This document shows, in pieces, positions 19,801-33,069 of a DNA stretch of 64,000 nt (within the stretch, counting starts at the first letter, position 1; every line of letters begins with the position of its first letter). Source of the DNA: Enoplolaimus lenunculus (taxonomy: Eukaryota); contig JASANG010000932.1 in the NCBI GenBank assembly GCA_030248215.1, positions 372,001 through 436,000 on the forward strand, written 5' to 3'. A program made the position numbers and the translations under genes. The notes under the pieces were generated by a model, which searched no databases, had not been told where the DNA came from, and saw only the letters and a program-made list of their open reading frames with translations.

Positions 19801-22800
19801 CTGAGCGATAACTTCTTTTCGCAACTTAACTTGTGTTTCTGACGCATGTTTTTGTGGAACTTGGAAAACTAAACAAAGTTATTAAACAACAAATTTTGAG
19901 ATTTTAATGTTAATTTCGATTGAAAAAAATGATTGACTAAGTGGGGTTTCACTTATTTGCTTGCAGTATGTTCGACGTGGGTGGCCAGCGTGATGAACGC
20001 CGCAAATGGATCCAGTGCTTCAACGATGTGACAGCGATTATTTTCGTTTGCGCATCATCGTCGTACAACATGGTTCTCCTCGAGGACGCATCCCAGAATC
20101 GCCTACGCGAATCGCTCGACCTGTTCAGGCAAATTTGGAACAACAGGTATATAAGCACTAACTGCAGGTATGTGCTTAGCTGGGGAATTAAAAAGGGTTT
20201 AAATCGTATGTAAACTTTGTTCCTGTATGATTCGATATCATAGTTTGTAGTGGAAAAATACGTAACACAGTACGCTATTAGATCATACTAGTTATTGCTT
20301 ACCTTGACGAAGTTTATTACTTCGAGAACAACCAATATCAAAATGTTGTAAGCACCAGACTTCAAAAAATATAACAAAACCACAGTAACATGGCTTGACC
20401 TTCACATACTGGCTATTGAGTACTAAATGTTATTATTATTATCATTATTACTATTATTATTATTATTGGAATCTCAGGAACGGCTGAACCGATTTTGATA
20501 AACTTTTTTTGTTTGAAAGCCAATTATCCTGGGGTGTTAACCTCGCATTTGGGTTTTAAAATTTTAAGCTGTTTATTAGCTACAGGCTAATTTGCATAAT
20601 TAAGCCTAAATTAGGACTTTCCACAATATTTCACTAATTATTACAGTTAGAAGCAATCTACTTTTAGCATTAAATGGTTTTTGGGTGCGAGGATCTGCGT
20701 AGGCTGTTTACAAACCTCCAAAACCGATAATTGAGTTTATAAGCCTAAATTAGGACTTTTTACAATATTTCACTAATTATTAAGGTTAAAAGCAATATAA
20801 TTTCAGCACTAAAGGGTTTTTAGGTGCGAGGAATTTGAATAAATAGTTTACAAACATCCAAAACGAAAAAAATTACAAACAAAAAGCAAAAAAAAAAAAA
20901 AAAACAACAAATCCAAAACCGATAATTGAATAGTTAGCTAATAGCTAATTTGCATATTAGCTTAATTGACAAGACGAAATTAGGACTTTTAAATTATTCC
21001 AAAAATTATTAGGTTGGCTGAAGGGTTTTTGGGAGCGAGGAATCTGAGGAAATTGCTTACAAACCTCCAAAACCGATAAATGAATAGTTAGCTACTAACT
21101 AAATTGCATATTACCTTAATTGCTTACGTGTGTTCGAGCTTCGCTCAATAAATGTAGTCCCACTACGACTGGTTATTATTATTATTATTATGTATTATTT
21201 ATATGCCATTGTTGTAATTTTGTTATGTTCAGGTGGCTTAGGTCAATCTCGGTGATACTGTTTTTGAATAAACAAGATCTTTTGGCAGAAAAAATAAAAG
21301 CCGGCCGACACAGACTCGAAGATTATTTTGAGGAATTTGCCAATTTCATGATACCCAATGATGGTAAGCTGGTAAAATGTGTCAAGTGTAGTGCACGTCT
21401 ACACATGTTTTATAATTGTTTTGCGTGTGTTTTCTAGCAAAGTATTGTGGGATGGTTTTTAACAGCTAGAGTTGTAGGCTATTCTGTCTGGCCAGCTACG
21501 AGCATAGCAGTGACAACATAAGCTTGCTAATATTGGATTTTTTTTAATGATTGCTGATTTGTATCGATTTTTGTTGTTATAATTTAAACTTCCTTGCGTG
21601 GAGAAGGTGTTGATATATATTGCGGTGTATAGGCTTAAGTGTTTTGGGTGTTAACTGGCACTGAGTTTTCGGCAAACAGGGCGCAACTTAACCCGATCCG
21701 TATGTTTATGCGTTGTCATGGTATCCTTGATTTTCGTATACATATATAATCGTACATCTGTACAAGCCAAATGATTCAATTTAAGCATAAAACAGTCATG
21801 ATTTTTTATATTTCTGTTTTATTTTTAATCAACCCATGCCTAAAAATAGTTGTTTGGGAAATGTTTAGCATTTGTTACCGTTTTGAAAAACTAGCGTTTT
21901 AGCTATTTCCACAATACTTATTATTATACGTATGTGAAGTAAGCTTAAATGCCGGCTTCGTTTAGAATGTGCTAAAATTAACTTATAAACCGATGACTGT
22001 ATTGGTGTACGTCGGATATTTTGAGCTTAGCTGCAAAAATTCGGTGATGGAAGGAAGATTTATTATTAGCAAGTTTTTGTGTCCTTATACATCGTTAACA
22101 ATAAATTTCATTTTACCACCGAAAACATTATAAGATACGTTAACAATGTCAAATTTAAAAATTTTCATGCGTTAACCTTACCACAACGCAAAAATTGCGT
22201 TATCCCTATCCTAACGTGTGCGAAATGGTCTGCCACACGTATTAGGATAAAGCTGTGCATGTGCTAGGGTAGGGTTATTGTAATTTTTGCGGTAGAGTAG
22301 GGTTAACTCATGACAATTTGAAAATTTAACACGTGTTAACCCTACCTTATAATGTTTTCGCTGGTAAAATAAAAAAATTTATTATGAACGATGCATTATT
22401 ACGTGTTTGGAATTAAGGCCCAGGATTGGCGTACTCGTGATTTTTGAACAGAAATGCCTGGGAAGTCGACAGATTTATTTCTTTACTCGATTTTATAATT
22501 GTCATTGATCCATACTTTTGAGGCAAAATTGTTCAGAAATCAGCAGTTGGGGCTAATTTGGTTGTATATATCAATTAGTAAAAGCTGTGTCAATACTTCG
22601 TGGTTCAAACTTGGCCATAAACCAAGTTTACCGTACAAGGCGTATTTGTGAGGTATGTGTGAACGAAGCAGCGTCATTGCGAGCTGTGTGTTGCACCTAT
22701 TGTCAGTTACTATTAGGTTTCAAATCAGCGGACTGTGCAAAATATGAACCGTAAAGTTTACATCAAACCAATCTCCAGCTGGTGATAGGCGCGACGCACG

Positions 22801-25800
22801 TTTAGGAATATAGGTTCAGTTATTTTGAACGAATAATTATTTTGTTGTTTTAGCTCAATTTGACCCGAGTGAAGATCGAGACGTTGTGAGAGCCAAGTAT
22901 TTCATACGCGGGGAATTTTTGGTTAGTTTTAATTTATTTTATTTTTTGATTTTTTTTTACACCGGGAGGATTAGCTTCAATTGTTTTACACGGAAGTTAT
23001 GTCTGTACCCAGCAGTCAAAGTTGCTAGCTATGGGATTAAATATTCGCACAGCGTTTCAGGGATGGGTGGTCTCGGTGTCGTCAAATCTGCGGATTTGGC
23101 TGGTCTCGATCTTGCTTTTTTCAGTCTCGGTGGTTTGCAAACCGAGACCAGACAGGCGAAAAAGCGATCAGCAATTACAAAAGTTTTCTTAAGATCGCAG
23201 CTTTGGCCGGAAGTACTTGTGCATTTCGCCCACTAACACAGACAGTGAACGATTGTGGACCACCGCTACCGATTTGAGAAAGAGAATGACCCCTCATGTT
23301 ATCCAAAATTCAATTTTTGAAAGGAAACCCAAAACACTTTGGTTTTATTGTGACAAAGCACAAATAGTTGTATTTTCGCGTTTAAAACATTTAAGACATC
23401 GTTTAAAAATTATTGGTCATCCGCATTTCTAACGTCACGTTACGTATGTTAAATAATTATGTTAAATAATTTTCCAGTCAATTCGGTTTGCCTGGGAGCA
23501 AAACAACGCTATAGCTCTGAATTAGGGATTGTGCCGAGGGTGTTTTGAGACAGTATGATTTGTCCCGAGCCTGTTCGAAGGGTATGGCGACAGTATAACA
23601 TAGCTAAGTGAAAAAAGCTAAAAATAAAATATTTTGTATCGATTTATTAGTTTAATTGTATGAAGCGGCAGTTCAAAGCAGATAAAACCATTCAAAAGTT
23701 TTGTTAAAAAATCTTATTTTTATTTTCGGTTGTTTGGGTATCGGTTTTGCTTTTTTGACCGAGACCGCCCATCCCTGCAACGTTTTGCATTCTTTATGAC
23801 TTTTTACTTTAAGAAATAAATTTTATTGCACAATGTTTTAAAACAGTTTTTCTACCCAGCTATGAAAATAATACCCGTTTTGCGTCGGAATTTAGTTTTC
23901 CCGCAGAGGAATTTTCAAATACATTCACAACGACGAACAGTCATGTTTCAGATAATGCGACACTCTCTAATACCGCTATCGCCAACTAGTTTTGTAACAG
24001 GGTGCAAGTGGAATTCCGATTCCGATTAGAATTCCGATTCAGGTTGCACAATTAATTATTGGAATGGGAATTTTGAAATTTAAATTTTAATCTTACTTGT
24101 GATACGTTGCGTAAAAATTCTGTATTTTTTAACTGTTAAATTGTTTTCGATGAATTAAGTTATCAATAATTGATCGTAATTTAGCTTTACCGAACCAGAA
24201 ATCCGCCCCAATTTGTCCATGGGATCTTTTTGAAAGTTGATGTCAGCCAAGAGATACCCTAGATCAAGATTATATTTGTCAATACAACTTATTCGTACAG
24301 TCGCAGCATTTTTAGTTCCGATTCCGATCGCAATTCCGGTATAAGTTTACTGTTCCTATTCCGATTCCGGTGCGTATAATACAGTTACGCTTTGCACCCT
24401 GCGTAGAAAATGTGTTAACAATAAATTAGTATCCAAATAATGTTTTGTAGAAATTATCTCCGCGTCGGAAAAGCAGTGTCGAATCAACACGTGACTGCTA
24501 TCCGCATTTCACGTGTGCTATCGACCCTCATAATATTAAACGTGTATTCAACGATTGTAGTGTTATTTTAAAACGCGAACATTTGAGACGGAATGGGCTT
24601 CTGTGAAATTATTAATAATATTTTGTGGTATTGAAAAGAAATATTGAAAATAGTGAAAAGAAAATATTGCTGGTACAAATACTTACTCTGTTTGGTTACT
24701 GTTTTTGCAGACGGACTGTAGATTTATGGTGTTTCAAACACACTCTACGGGTTTACGTCTGGTTTGTGGTGCAGAGGCAGTATTTTAATTTAAGTAAAGA
24801 AATTTAGTTTGGCTAAAGGTGTTTCGAATACACGTGTATTTCATCAGTACTGTAGGGTTAGTGATGTAGTTTATAATAGAATTTTAATGAAGCTTTATGC
24901 GGACATAGCGTGGCTTTGTGTGCAGCAGCGGTAGGATCTGAAAACTGACTTCTGGTAGTCGTGCAGGTACGTAAGACTACATGAAAGTAATAATAGTGTA
25001 ACAATGGTAAATTATTCGAAATATCGTTTGAAAAATTAGTCAAATTGTGACGTGCATGGGTGGAGCTATACTTGTCGATGTGGTGCCGTCCGTCACCTTA
25101 CGGTATCACTGTGACGGCCGGCGCAGTACGGGTTACGGACGGCGCCGTACGGGTAACGTGACACACGGTGACGAATGGCACCGGACGTCAACAAAAGTAT
25201 AGCATAACCCTAACACGCTGGTATAGAGTCAGGGTTGTTTAAGAATCGAGTCATTTCCACGTTTGGAGGAACCATTAAATTAGATGAACGTTAAAAAACA
25301 AGGCAAACAATTGCACTCCTGTGTCTGAAAGCTCGTCCTGATGTACGTATTTAGTTTAAATTTATGCAGGAATTGAAAACAGCGGTGTGAGTTCTACAGC
25401 GAACATAATTTAAGATTTAAGTCGATAAAAATCGCCCTTGCTTGGCTGCGCTGCGTGGATTAACATATCTGCGTATGAGCGCAGTTTTCATTCACTTGAA
25501 ATCCTGACGCTTGTTCTGGCACCGAAGCTTGCTTATTTCACTGCTTGCATTGAGCTAATTTTGTCAATAAAGGAAATATTGTGTTCAGGGGCGTAGCCAG
25601 AATTTCATATAACGTGGGATGCGATTTATAAACATTTCGAATGGCGTTGCTTGTGCCACCATTGAAAAAGTTCCAAAAAACGTGAAGATAAAAATGAAAC
25701 GCATATATTATTTTTGGAAAATGTACTTGCTGTTGTTGTTCACAACAAGGGTTGCCGGATATCTGATTTCGACGTTATATGATTTCGACGTTATATCCGG

Positions 25801-26437
25801 CACAAAACCCGACATCCGTATCTACGCGCGGTATCTCGTTTAAACCTACCCCGGATACTCGTGTTTGTGGTTCGAAATAACATAAAATGACATTTTGCTG
25901 CAGCTGAATAGTGAATGAAAAAGTTCGAGTTACAAATTAATTTTAATCTAGGGACACATATACCTTTGCGCGACTCAGATACTTCCAACAATGTACGTTT
26001 TAAATTATTATATTCGGCTGAGATCCGGTTCGGAAAAAAAACTGTCCGGTTCCGGTATCCAATAAAATTAACATCCGTTCGATCCGTGACCAACACGCGA
26101 TGTTCGAATTTTCTTCAGCAGAATATAAACTTTCCCAATGTTTATTGCCTGGTTTCGTTTTATTTTGAAATTTGAATTATGTTTGGGCTCATGTTAACTA
26201 TAGTAACCTAACCATTCTGGCTGGCCCTTGTTAATTAACATAAACCATGGACTGTGTTGAAAATTTGATAGTTTTTGAGCAGTTTTAAATTTTCAGCAAG
26301 TCGTAATGGGCTGCTCGACGCACCAGTGCTATCCTCATTTCACGTGCGCAGTGGACACTGAAAATATTCGCAAAGTGTTTACAGACTGCAAAGACATTAT
26401 TCAACGCATACATTTGCGTCAGTACGAATTGTTATAG
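16894..26437 (+). CDS. gsa-1: G protein alpha subunit, Gs class; canonical isoform using distal terminal exon, 375 aa
   Basis: Exons 16894-17026, 17530-17602, 17827-17881, 18556-18675, 18902-18999, 19451-19579, 19967-20146, 21233-21363, 22854-22921, 26297-26437. Motifs [78 protein letters not shown] and the Gs-diagnostic HLRQYELL. Start may be the in-frame ATG at 16903. Confidence 0.97.
20468..21173 (+). mobile_element. Helitron/Helentron-type non-autonomous element (DINE-1/HINE-like)
   Basis: ATCTCAGGAACGGCTGAACCGATTTTG core, internal sub-repeats, sub-terminal GCTTCGCTCAAT, 3' hairpin GTAGTCCCACTAC then CTGG; inverted second copy at 42293-42905. Confidence 0.65.
23058..23777. mobile_element. 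hAT-like MITE
   Basis: TIRs CAGGGATGGGTGGTCTCGGT / ACCGAGACCGCCCATCCCTG; 8-bp TSD CAGCGTTT / CAACGTTT; related element at ~7610-7995. Confidence 0.75.
23998..24401. mobile_element. CAGGGTGCAA-type hAT-like MITE upstream of the alternative G-alpha-s exon
   Basis: Ends CAGGGTGCAA...TTGCACCCTG; internal ATTCCG sub-repeats; no clear TSD. Confidence 0.6.
24451..24606 (+). CDS. gsa-1: Alternative proximal terminal exon of the G-alpha-s gene (380-aa isoform, divergent C-terminus)
   Basis: Acceptor TGTTTTGTAG, phase 0 matching the exon 9 donor. Open frame [51 protein letters not shown] is homologous to exon 26297-26437 and stops at the equivalent position. Confidence 0.85.
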   Translation, partial: KLSPRRKSSVESTRDCYPHFTCAIDPHNIKRVFNDCSVILKREHLRRNGLL

Positions 26438-29400
26438 AACAATATTTTTGTCTTCAAAAACAAAGAAAACAAATCTAATAATGATTTACTGTTTACCGTT
26501 GGCGAATAGCGAAACGATGGCCTGTTGGCAAACGGCTTTGATCAGTGGCTTGAAGTAACACACAATGTGATACACGTACGTTTTTGATAAGCATTATTTT
26601 ATGTGCGAATCTACTTGGATTTTTCACCATGGTGAATCGCTGGAAAACAAGGCTTGGAGGATTTGGCTTAGATGGTCATGGCTGTCGTTTGAATGGAATT
26701 ATCTGGGTTTTGTTTGGTACGTGTGCTGTCGGAAGACCTCCGTGGGAACAGAAATTCGAAGCGCCGTGGTGTTCTGTCGGTTTGGTTGTGATCCAAGCTA
26801 TGGAGTAGAACTTGGGACTGGAAACGATGCTTGTGTCGGTGTCGACTGGAGACTGCTTAATTGTTGTAAATGTGTGATAGGTAATGAACGAAATTTATGG
26901 TTCCAGTCGATTTATCAGATACTGGGCAGCCCAAAGTTTGGGTTCAGCAGTGAAGTGTTAATAGTCTCACACATTACTGTATATTATTTATGTAAATATA
27001 GGTATAGGTGTAAAGTTTAAGCTGAGCCTAACCGTAACCACAAGGCTAAGCCTATTAGGTAATTGTACCAATCATGTCGTCATATTATGATCTGTAAAGG
27101 GAAAGCAAATTCGGCGTAGATTTATCTGAACAAATTTGATTCCTACCGCAAAATGTTCTTTTTTCGTTGGGTTGTGTTCAAAGGTTCTCGTCACAATAAT
27201 GTTTATGTCGTATATTGTTTGATCCAAATTAATAGCAGGTGCCGTTCGCCTGTCAAGAAGAGGCAGTGGATTTTGGAGTTGGCTAAATTGTCGATGTTGT
27301 CAGTCATATGTAGCATTGCTATGGCGAAATGTAGGTTTGGCTTTTGGCTGTAATCGAAGCAATTATTGTGTTCTCAACGCTGTGGGTAGCGCCTGCCGCC
27401 AGTTGGTAAAAGTTGTTGTAAATTTTGAAGCATAAAATTAAACACCTTTTTTTAACTTAATCAAATTTAAAGTTTTTTGAAATTCGCAAATTTTTGTATA
27501 ACGTGGACTTCTTCTCGAGAGCAGTGTGAAATGGCGACTGCGACTGATTTATTAATGGTACGTGTGTAACTGCAGTAGGTTGCGTTTTTTGAACATCTTT
27601 CGCTAACTGGTGATACGTGCTATAGTCATAAGAGAATACGGGTCAAGATTTCAATACAGGTTTTTGTCCTGTCGTGTAAATCTTGCCTGTTGTATGTAAT
27701 CATTATTGTCACCGTACTTCTAGCAAAGAACGCTCGTGTGCTCAACCTGTGTATACAGCACTGGTCGCCAAGTCTTTGATTAGATTAGCAGAAGTATAAG
27801 TATTGTTGACTTATGAGTTTTTAAATTTCAATCGATTCGTTTACTATTTTGGTTTCGTTTGCTTGGTATAAAGTTTAGCGGAACCATTTGTTCGTGAGAA
27901 GTAAATTAGATTCAATAGAGCAGTTTCTTAAGACATACCAGGGTTTTTAGATACGTGGGGGGTCGGGGGTAAAAATTTGTGTACTTAAGAATCGTTTGAA
28001 AGTGTCTTAACCCAGTTGGTGATTGGTGCTATAGTCTTTTTGATACAGCGTACACAGGTTGAAATTTGAACCACAGCGTTATACATCTGTAAGAACTAAA
28101 TTTTCGTACTTTTTGTCTGTAGTTTTGCGGAAATATTTTTATATCGGTTTGGAATCTATTAAGATATTTAAGTAATGATTTGCTAAGCCGGTGTCATCGA
28201 CTATAATTATAAATTCAGAAATTTAGATGTATTAATTAAGGTGGTGGGACTAACTAACAGATAACGAGAACAGTAAATGATTTGTTTACAATGAAGCTAA
28301 TACGTTGTTTACAGCTTGCGGCTTATGGCAAGGATCCAAACATGTGCTTGCGTATACAACAAATTCGCCGCATTTCCCTTGTTTCTGTTTCGATTGTTGT
28401 TCGTGTGTTTTTTGCTTGCTATGTTTTTTTATATCTTGTATTGTATCTATTTGGTTTTTGAGATAAGGGTGAAAGGCCATTAATAGCTTATGTCTTAATA
28501 CATTGGATGTTGTTGGAATTAAATCGGATTTAGCAGTTGCTGTTTTAGACGGAGGGATACGAGTGCTTTCATCTCAGTATGATCTGTTTGGACCTCATAA
28601 TAAAGAAGGGGTGAATTGCTGTTGGAGGTATTTGGTATTTTTGCTTTTGCTTCCGGAGGTCAACTTGCTCGTTTAATGCTTTTCTATCAGTTGAAGCGTT
28701 TCGAGGAGGCGATAGCATCGATATTCATCGGTCAATCGTAGCAAAATTTTTCGCTAGGGGGTTCATATGGTAGTAGTACTATTACTCAAATTAGAACGAC
28801 ACAATGTTGAGTCTAGGGTCTATTGGTTCTCATGCATTCCATGATTTTTAGTACTGAATAAAATGATCGTATTCTACTCGTAAGTTGTTGACTTCCAGGT
28901 TCTATTTTTGCTACTGTAGGTACACGTATTCATATATATTTATATTGATTTTGTATTTGTTTATTTTCTACGCTTGCATGTATTAAGCGTCCGAATCTTT
29001 CAAGTCGATTCGTAGCGGTTTCAGCAGCGTGGTGTAAGCGAAATTTTTGTTGTCTAATTTTTTGCTGAATGAAAAAAAATAAAAATCATTTTGTTTGTTC
29101 ATTTGTTTGTTTGTGTTTGTTTGTTTGTTTGTTTGTTTGTTTGTTTGTTTCTACTTCGGCGCTAGTAATAAAACCGTCGAAACAAGTAATGTAGGTATTG
29201 CAAAAGCGCAACTACAGTTGTTAATGCGCCAGCGTTAGAAAAAGCGAAAATATTTATCAGGATTTCAATTTTGGTAAGCAACGATACAAATTCAAGTCTA
29301 TTTCGCTGTCAACTCAATCAGTTTTCAACCAGCTTCGGTTCCAATCAATTAATAAATGTGTATACCAGTGTTATTGTTTTTTATTTTGTGCTGGTTTGTG

Positions 29401-29499
29401 TTTTTTTTTATCTGCCGCAAGCATGGTTTGCGCTTATTCGTTGTGCAGCAACATCCTTTATATATGTTATATATGCATACAGGGATGTATAGTCAGGAT

Positions 29500-29673
29500 G
29501 GCCCATGTATAGAACAGGGCCGGATCGTTTTCCGGAGGGGCTATCATAAAGTCAGAGTTTAAGCTTTAGACTAATTTTTAGCTTAGGCTTAGGAATAAGT
29601 TCATCCATACGCTTAGGCTTAGGCTTACGAATATGCTTATACTACTGTTCCGGCCCTGTTCTATACATGGGCC
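29500..29673. mobile_element. MITE carrying (TTAGGC)n repeats, GG-terminal TIRs, 8-bp TSD (Merlin-like)
   Basis: TIRs GGCCCATGTATAGAACAGGGCCGGA / TCCGGCCCTGTTCTATACATGGGCC; perfect TSD GTCAGGAT. Other copies near 10430, 13300, 33550, 33860, 34520, 43470, 46220, 52080, 53880, 55123, 55370, 58250, 59497, 61929. Confidence 0.85.
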
Positions 29674-32600
29674 GTCAGGATTTTAACAACGTGTGGGTAC
29701 CGTTATATAAAAAGTTTGTACCAAGGTTTAAGTTGTGGTACGAAGTGAAAAAATTTTCTGGAAAACGTGTGGACAAAAATCACACAAAGTGAAGTTTGGT
29801 TTGACTTAACGCCCACCCAGTTATAGCCTTGTATGATTGAGATATTTATATATTTAAGTATTGTTTGTGTATATATTTATTTGCAACTACTAAATAGTTT
29901 CAATTGTAAAATGAGCGTATTTTTAGATGTATGGGCGCTGTATAAATAGGCTAAAGGGTTCTTCATTCGTCAAGTTTTAAATTTAGAGATACCCACATGT
30001 ATATAAATGAAAAAATTTTGTTTGTCTAAAACCTATAGTAGAAATTATTGGGTGTATAATTTGGAATATAATTGTTTTTTGATAAATTTGACGAAGCTGT
30101 GGATATAACCTTTGGTCAAAGCGGAAGAACTACAAAAACAATGGTGTCAGAAATACAAGATACTTTTAGCGTTATACACGCGTTTATATGTTGATGCGAA
30201 AATAGCGTTTTACTGGACTCTGACAATCATTTTACTGGACTTTGAAAAGCATTTGCATAGTAGCGTTTTTGAGAGCTGTGGTTTGAAACCCGGAAATCAT
30301 TAGAATAGGATTGTGTTATGAACAGGATACCTAAAGTATATACCAGTCAAAAACAGTAGTAATGCATGTGTTGTCTAAGCTCAAAATTATAAAAGGAACC
30401 ACATGTGATGTGAGCCATCATGTTTTTATTTTCTTATTGAATATCCGAGTCTGAGCTGTATTTTATAGTACTGGCTCCGGGTTATTTGCTAAGTATCTGT
30501 TCGCATAGTGCGATATAGTAATTGTTAGGAATTGGCACTGCAAATTTACATTGGTAAATGCGTAAAGTTTACCGTTTGTTGGGAGATGTATTTGTAAAAT
30601 GGAAATGGATACCGTTTTGTCGAAAACGGTTATCCCATTACACAGTGGTTCTGAGCGAAGATTTACGGAATTGGTGACATTCGTATAGCTCAGTACGTTT
30701 TTACTCCAAAGGCTTTATTTTATGCGTTTCATATGACGTCTGTAATAAATTTCAGAGTGAAGACAAGGAGAAAAATTAAGTTTTCAAGGTTAATGGTCAC
30801 TAAAAAGGTGAATGTATGCCGAGGTATTAATTTTAGCAGCGATTTATTTTCTTGTATCGTATGAGTCGCATACTGACCGTGACATCTATTTACTTGTTTA
30901 GTTTTGCGATATTCATGAAGCAACCATTTGATTGGTTCGCTGCTTTCTGTTGACCGCTATTGGTTAGATAGTTTTGCGCTAATTGTTTATTTATGTTATG
31001 TGGATACTGTTTGATCATATGTGAAACTTTGCAAATTAAAGTAAATCTTGCATCGCTTTGTTATCTGAGCGTTATAGAATATCGAAGCAATAATATATTT
31101 TGTAGCGAACGGCCAATAGAGCAAAATACGCATCCTGTTGTACCCTGCCTAAAAAGTATATGGGCTACAATTTTGATACGGATTTATTGTGCCAATTTGT
31201 GGCACGAAATTATTTGTCAAAATCGTGCGTGGTTAAGTTAATAAGAGCGCAATATATTTTCAAATTAAAAGGAGGTTCTTGTGCAGCTTTAGATTCCACA
31301 TTATATTCAAAAATTATAAATTCACAAATACAAACTGTCACATCAATGATTTTTGGATATCCGAACCGAATATATTTGCAGGATATCTCCGGCATTACCT
31401 AAAAAAGAACAGGTCCGTCACACTAGTAAGCATACGTCTAAACCTAAGGCTATACAAGCCCGCGCGTCAAAGTTTGTAAAGCGCAAACCTACTTACACTG
31501 CAAGAAATGGTGAGTCAAATGGGCTCTCTGAAATAGGCTCTATACGGGACTACACAAAGTGAGTCAAATTCGACACCGCCATAGTCAAACGTGCGACTAA
31601 GTGAGTCAAATTTGACTTGTTTGCGCAGTCTCGCAGAGCCTATTTCTGAGAAAATCTATTTGACCCACCATTTTACTCCAAAGTAATAGCTTACTCTGCT
31701 ACTATCTACAGAAGAACGGTCCGCTCTTGATCTTTGTGTCATTGTACCCCGTCGAACAACTTTTCTTTCCAATTGGCAGTTGCGCGCGTCATATATATAC
31801 ATATATATATATATACATATACATATATATAAATTGGTTTGTTGTCTAAGATTTTATTTATACGAAACATTTTATTTCTAATATCATATGTTGAAAAGCT
31901 ATAGCCGTTTGATTTTAAAAACAAGGAAGTTTTAAACTGCTTATTTAATTTAAAATTGTAAGTACTTGTCCGCTTAGCATCGATACAACATAATAAAATA
32001 TACTATCAACTGAGGATAGATTCACCCAAACATTTTAGTAATGACATCCAAGCGTGTTCCGTTTTACCACAAATTTAACATTTTTACTTTCAAATTAAAA
32101 TTTCAAGATTTGTTGTTATTTTTTTGCTAAAAATGTCTGCCGTATAATTTTGTTAAAATTCAAAATTGTCTCAAAATCAGAGTTGTATAAATTTTTAAGG
32201 AATCGGCAACGCAAACAAAAAATAAACAACAGCACGAAATATAAACAATATCTGATTATAATTATCTTTAAGCATTAAAATAGCTTAAACTCTGATTTTG
32301 AGAAACAAAAATTATATAATTATTATTGTTTTATGGAACTAAGTTTTTTGTGTAAAAAAAGACAAAAAAAAACGGCATTTTATTCGGCCGGCCTTGCGAT
32401 CAATATTTTCAAAATTCAAGTTTTTCAAAATAAAATATTAGTTTGTTTCTAGAATTTACAGAATTTATTAGCAGCGTCCAAATCATGCGGACGCTTAAAC
32501 ATCTTATAAATTTATAAGCATTGTCTATAACCACAGTTTAAAAACGACTTTTTCGACAAAACAATCAATGTTCGAGCGACGCAAAGCTGATTATTATTCT

Positions 32601-32823
32601 TTGTTTCAATAATTTCTCTAATTCCTACAATTCTACAATTTTTAAGACATTAATATTTTGAAAATTAAACATATTTTACTTGGAAAAGACTGGTTTTGTC
32701 GCGTCGAATTTTAAAATGCTTTCAAAGCCACTTTTTATTGTAGATTTATTTTAGACGACTAACGAATTTAGGTGAAATTTTGTAGGGAATTTTAAAACCT
32801 AAAATTTTTTCGATCTGTAGTTT

Positions 32824-33069
32824 CACTGTAAATTTCAGTAAAGTTGATTTTAACTCAAAATGAGTGAGTCACTCAGTCTGAGTTAGGACTCTCAGATCTC
32901 AGAATTTTGAATGGATTCAATTGGTTCTGAGTTAATTTATCTATATACTTACCCAAAGTCTAATGAACTCAGAGTGAGAATCAACTCAACTCAGAGTCAG
33001 TTGATGTTTCCTCAGAAATAACCAACTCGCTAGCTGAACTGATTAATCAACTCATTGGAAGTTGCAGTG
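32824..33069. mobile_element. CMC/EnSpm-type MITE family A (TGAGTT-rich)
   Basis: CACTG...CAGTG termini, 2-bp TSD TT; same family as 56755-59107 cluster. Confidence 0.7.

Noticed and set aside
23907..24029. Possible third G-alpha-s terminal exon after TTTTCCCGCAG
   Set aside because: Phase-0 translation has no similarity to beta6/alpha5 and runs into a MITE.
26584..27020. Overlapping ORFs after the G-alpha-s stop
   Set aside because: No recognisable product; most simply the 3' UTR.
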